64,000 bases of DNA from Ramazzottius varieornatus (lineage: Eukaryota; Animalia; Tardigrada). The position numbers and the translations under genes are program-made. Numbering within the stretch: the stretch's first letter is position 1; each line of letters begins with the position of its first letter. Shown here piece by piece: positions 56,857 through 64,000 of the stretch. The stretch spans positions 1,648,655-1,712,654 of the forward strand of contig BDGG01000008.1 in NCBI GenBank assembly GCA_001949185.1, read 5' to 3'. Below the pieces are notes generated by a model. It saw only the letters and a list, made by a program, of their open reading frames with translations. It was not told the DNA's origin and ran no database searches.

Positions 56857-57390
56857 GTGACCAACGACTGCAACACCGTGGATCCCCACGTGCTCAAGTC
56901 CTTGCTGCATCGGAACGAAGCTTATTCCACTGGGTTGAACGAGTACATACGGGAGTGGAGCGATGCGGGAGAGAAACCTCCAGAACGCTTTCTTAAATCA
57001 TTGGAATGGTGCATACTCCAAGACCATGAATGGCTGGAATGGTTCAACAAAAAAGCTTATTGCCGTTACTGCGCGTTGGGTTTCACGGGTGGGGTACCCA
57101 TGACCAAGAAAGTCGGTGAGTTTGTCAAAATTCCGATCACCACAATTTCTACCAGGCCGCCGAGAACGCAGTTAGGCATGCCAACCAACATTATCATATC
57201 CAAGCGAAAGCGAATAATCTAGCATTCAAAGAGACCAACATGTAACCGCTGGATCCCAAGAAAAGCTACAAAGTTTCCGTTTTGACTTCGTTATCAATAA
57301 TCGTCGAACTTCTAGCCAGACAGGGAATTGCTGCCCTCGGTCATGACTAGCTCTTCCTCACCCAACTATGTCAATATTTGTGCACTTTCA
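56857..57390 (+). pseudogene. Decayed hAT transposase N-terminus (TTF zinc finger / ZMYM1-like)
   Basis: HEWLEWFNKKAYCRYCAL...GEFVKIP, then after breaks IIVELLARQGIAALGHD* (compare LxRQGLAxRGHDE). Confidence 0.7.
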
Positions 57391-57832
57391 CTTATTCTTA
57401 CTAATATTGTGTGAATTGTTGATGCAGATTTTCTCAACATCGGTTGAGTACGGTAGGCCAAAAACATTCGCTGTCGGTCAGTGTAGTCTCGTACTCTTAG
57501 CCTTGATCAGAAAATTCTCACTTACTTGTCAACCGAAACTTTTGCCCTTCTTTTCTTGTTGTGGGTTCCGACTGTGCGAGCAATACCCGTGCACCTCGGT
57601 AAACATCGAACGAAAATGTTTGACGTGATAATACGGACTTGAGTTTCTTCTAGCATACGTCGATTGGTCAGCATCCGGAACCAGTTTTCGGATCTGAAGA
57701 TCACTTTCTGACGAAATTGTTGTGGCACCAGTACAGTTTTGTGGCTCCACTTTGATTCATCAATCAAACCAATATATTTTCATGTTTCGGCACCATGACC
57801 GTTCCATAAGCAAAAGTTTGATCCATTCGATA

Positions 57833-58274
57833 TAATCATGAGCATTTCACGCAGATGGTCCGTGTAGTGTAATGTAGAATAGTGTAATTGTAAAAGTGCA
57901 ATTACATTTTACACTAGTTTACATTTTACAGACCGAGCGGTTTGTAACGCCTAAAAGTGACAAGGAGCGACGAAAACGACGAACCAGCTATGTCTATGTT
58001 TGCACAGAATATAGATCTCAGTAGTTGTCTTCCGGACAAAGATAAAAATACGGTTGCAGAACGACCATACATTTTTCCGCGTAAGTCAACCGGAATTTGG
58101 ATTTCTGGCGGCAAAAGACCCAAAAATACCGCAAATTCTGGTAGGTAAAAGTTGTGATTACATTTTACATTTACGTTGCAACTTCCCCGTGGTTGTAATG
58201 TCGTGTAAAAGTGTAATCGTAATGTAAATGTAATGTAAAGTGTAATGTAATGTAAAATGTAATGCTCATCGTTA
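57833..58274. mobile_element. hAT-family MITE (TGTAA-rich)
   Basis: TIR TAATCATGAGCATT...AATGCTCATCGTTA; perfect 8-bp TSD ATTCGATA. Confidence 0.88.
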
Positions 58275-58538
58275 ATTCGATACAGGGCGCGTCGGCCCTG
58301 GTTCGTTCCATCGTTTTTAGCAAACTCGCTCGCGTTGTGCAACTTTTCAAAGCTTCCAGCGAGTGCTTTTATAAACTACGATTTTCAAAATTAATTAGTT
58401 CTCGTTTGTTCAAACCATTTGCGCAAAGTGCAACTTCGGAAGCTAGGAGTACAAAAAAAATTGTACTCTAGATTGGTACACGAAAAAAAACACGAGCCGG
58501 AAAACAGGCTCAGATAGGAGCAAAGAAGAAGGTTCGTT

Positions 58539-58663
58539 TCAGCCAAGCAATGTTACGCTCCGCTGTCAGCGCACCTTCCAAAATCCTTTCGATGGCGTTT
58601 GATGATAGTGGCAGTTCGGAGATCGAGACCCAGGTTGTATTGTTGGCTGATCCTCGTCAAATC
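58539..58663 (-). pseudogene. Decayed duplicate of the GDH last exon
   Basis: [18 protein letters not shown].. versus functional [19 protein letters not shown]. Acceptor position reads GG rather than AG; 1-nt insertion and further indels. Confidence 0.85.
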
Positions 58664-59127
58664 CCGTAGCGAACAGAAACGTCAACGTACCACAACAGGA
58701 GCAAACTCAAGAGACGCAAACAGAAAACGAATGCCGTGCTGGGTCGGACTGGAAACTGGTTCCTCGCAGGCAATTTACCAAGTCTACGAGCGCACAGGAG
58801 CCGCTAAGGAGCTTGTACTAGAAGTGGCACCACGCTTTGCACCCTGTTTCCGCTTTGCCGTCTGACTACGGAGAATCCCGGTCTTTCTCCATGGCTTTAC
58901 TTACAGGCGTAAGGCACTTCATTCAAGGATCAAGTAATCAAATACACACTCATATCGTACGATAAGACAAAATACCGGTGCTTTTCGGACAACTCAGTCT
59001 CACACATCCCAGGAAAATTAGGATCTGTTAGGGATAAAATTAAAATTCAAGTCCATGGAACCTCTCGAAGAAAAAATCAGGGAACCGTTGCACAGATTCA
59101 CAGGGACAAAAAGCAAAAAAATAAAAT

Positions 59128-61978
<2,851 letters not shown>

Positions 61979-62906
61979 CTTTCTTTCAATCTGCAAAAGC
62001 GAATAATGGCTTTTTTTCCGTTCCCACATAGACAAAGCTGGAAAGAATTCCACGACACAGCCCGCCATCAATGGTCGTCCATAGTTCTGTGGCGAGCCAT
62101 ACACAACAAAACCGCGTTCAAGAGTGTGATTTCACCCACCTAAGTTCTCCTGCTCAAAACAGCTGGAACAAAATATAACAGCAATGAGAAAAGTAGCAGA
62201 ACAGCTCAGCACGAAGGCAATAAACTGAACATCAGGGGATGGATATGAGGCAACAACGTGATCGCAAGAATCTTACCTGTTACGCAAGTATTCCGACGGA
62301 GCAATTCCTCCAAGCTGCAGTGGCCAATTGGTAACTAATACCCGCACCTCACCCTTCTTTAGGCTCCCAGTTTCAAAGGATGAAGCGAAGAACAGAGGAA
62401 CTTAGAACGGAGAACAATAGTGGAAGCGTGTGAGAGGAACAGCTGACAGCATTCCAGGCTTTACCATGTGGAACAAGAAAAGCTCGCCCATCTCTTCCGG
62501 CTGCCTGCCACCCGTATGGCAGAAAAAGAAGGCGTGTGCGGTCGACCAATTATGGGTGCCATTACGTCACGAGCTCGCCCACAGCCGGTAGTACTGTACA
62601 ACATAGACAGCCTCTGACGTCATCGCGATTTCCAGATCTTCTGACTTCACCCTTTTAACCCCTGTTTTTTGTCGTTGGTCTGTCTGCTCGTGCTCGATAT
62701 GCTTTCCGTCACATCCAGATATAAATCAGCTGAAGGAAAGGAAACCGGATGTCTGGACAAAATCGAACCATTACTTGTTCAGAGTCAGGTCGTGACTGAA
62801 GACAATACCGCCGCTCACTTCGCCGACGCCCCTACTTTTCACGAAATGGGTTTCGACGTCCGGATCTACTGCATCCTGTTACAGTAATCAGTAGTTTTTA
62901 CTACCC

Positions 62907-64000
62907 ATGACCAGCTACCTCAACGTCATGGCCGAACTAGCGCACCCCGACCGTGGTTTTCCCTCCGACAAATAGCTGGCCTATGACGCTCGCCTGCGCA
63001 TCACAGCGGCTCGCCACCCCACCGACTTGAGCCTCTGGTCAACAGTGCACGCCGACATCAAGCAGCGCACATGTCTGACCAACTCTAACGGCCCCTCCAT
63101 TTCACGCGAACACGGTCACAAGGTCCAAGTCCGAGTCACCCAAAGCTATAACCAGCCCTTTCGGACCAACCCCGCCGCAGACGGGGAAATCTGTAAGCGG
63201 TACAACCGTGGCCAGTGTCCCGACGAGCCATGCCCCAATGCCTTCTCCCACTCTTGCTCCTACTGCAAAAAGCCAGGCCATACCCGCTTCTACTGCAACC
63301 GCAATCTCGATCGGTACCACAGCAACGACCGGAACCAACAAGGCGATCGGTCAGGAGGCAGTCGTCATACCGCACAAAGCCTCAACTCCACTAAAGTCTA
63401 ACACCTTCAGACGTTACCTCCGAGATCATCCCGACCGAGGCTTCGTACAAATGGTGCTGGACATTATCGATAACGGCGCGGACATTGGCTTCAACGGTCC
63501 CCGCTACCCTCGTTTCACAAAGAACTCCGCCACAGCAAGAGAGTTCAGCGAGGTTCTTCTTAAGTCTATTACGAAAGAGGTTGCCTCGGGCCACTCCGTG
63601 GGTCCGTTCTCTTCTCCCCCTTTTCCCAATTTCGTGGTCAGCTCCCTGGGCGTCCGCGAGAAGAAAACCGGAGGTCACCGCATCATCATGGATCTTTCCC
63701 GACCTTTCGGCGACTCTGTTAACGATCACATCAGCCCCGAGGACTACTCCCTTGCTTTCTGTTCCGTCGATGACGCATGCAACATGCTACAGACCGTTGG
63801 CAAAGGCGCACTCATGGCAAAGGAGGACGTAAAGGCAGCCTTCCGCCTAATTCCTGTCCGACCTCTGGACTGGCCTCTTCTCGGCTACATGGTAAGCGGC
63901 TCTTACTACTTCGACGTAGTTCTACCTTTCGGCTGCCGTTCCTCGCCCTTCCTTTTCTGCCTGTTCTCCTATGCGGTGCACTGGATACTCGAACACCACA
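62907..64000 (+). mobile_element. DIRS/Ngaro-type retrotransposon (gag plus overlapping RT), truncated by window end
   Basis: gag with K*LAYDARLR (TAG 62973-62975) and a Cys/His knuckle CKRYNRGQC..C...HSCSYCKKPGH. RT frame open 63079-64000: HPDRGFV, GPFSSPPF, RIIMDLS, SVND, MAKEDVKAAFRLIPV, LPFGCRSSP. Confidence 0.9.

Overview
Eukaryotic (animal) genomic DNA from a compact, intron-rich genome. Most introns are about 60-200 nt with GT-AG ends. The style resembles a tardigrade such as Ramazzottius, but that is inference only. Host genes in order: LHFPL/TMHS tetraspan (+), GH3-domain protein (-), DNAAF3 (-), Derlin-2 (-) head-to-head with SRP9 (+), a small lipocalin-like cluster (-; one pseudogene, one fragment, one intact gene), a candidate secreted precursor (-), ABCC1/MRP1-like transporter (-), SZT2 (+, about 17 kb), a 13-exon tandem bulb-type (GNA-like) lectin (+) that the ORF track almost entirely misses, and glutamate dehydrogenase (-) with a decayed duplicate last exon. 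Intergenic blocks are packed with transposons: several hAT MITEs with 8-bp TSDs, a pogo-like deletion derivative, a two-gene PIF/Harbinger element whose proteins resemble fungal/oomycete-type elements, hAT-transposase and Ulp1-protease relics, and a DIRS/Ngaro-type retroelement running off the right edge. The most striking unexplained pattern is a palindromic element (CAAGTGGCGCAC-N24/25-GTGCGCCACTTG). It occurs at 20 loci (26 units), 19 of them inside introns, sometimes as tandem arrays. Exon models were built by hand from splice consensus and recalled protein motifs; no searches were run.
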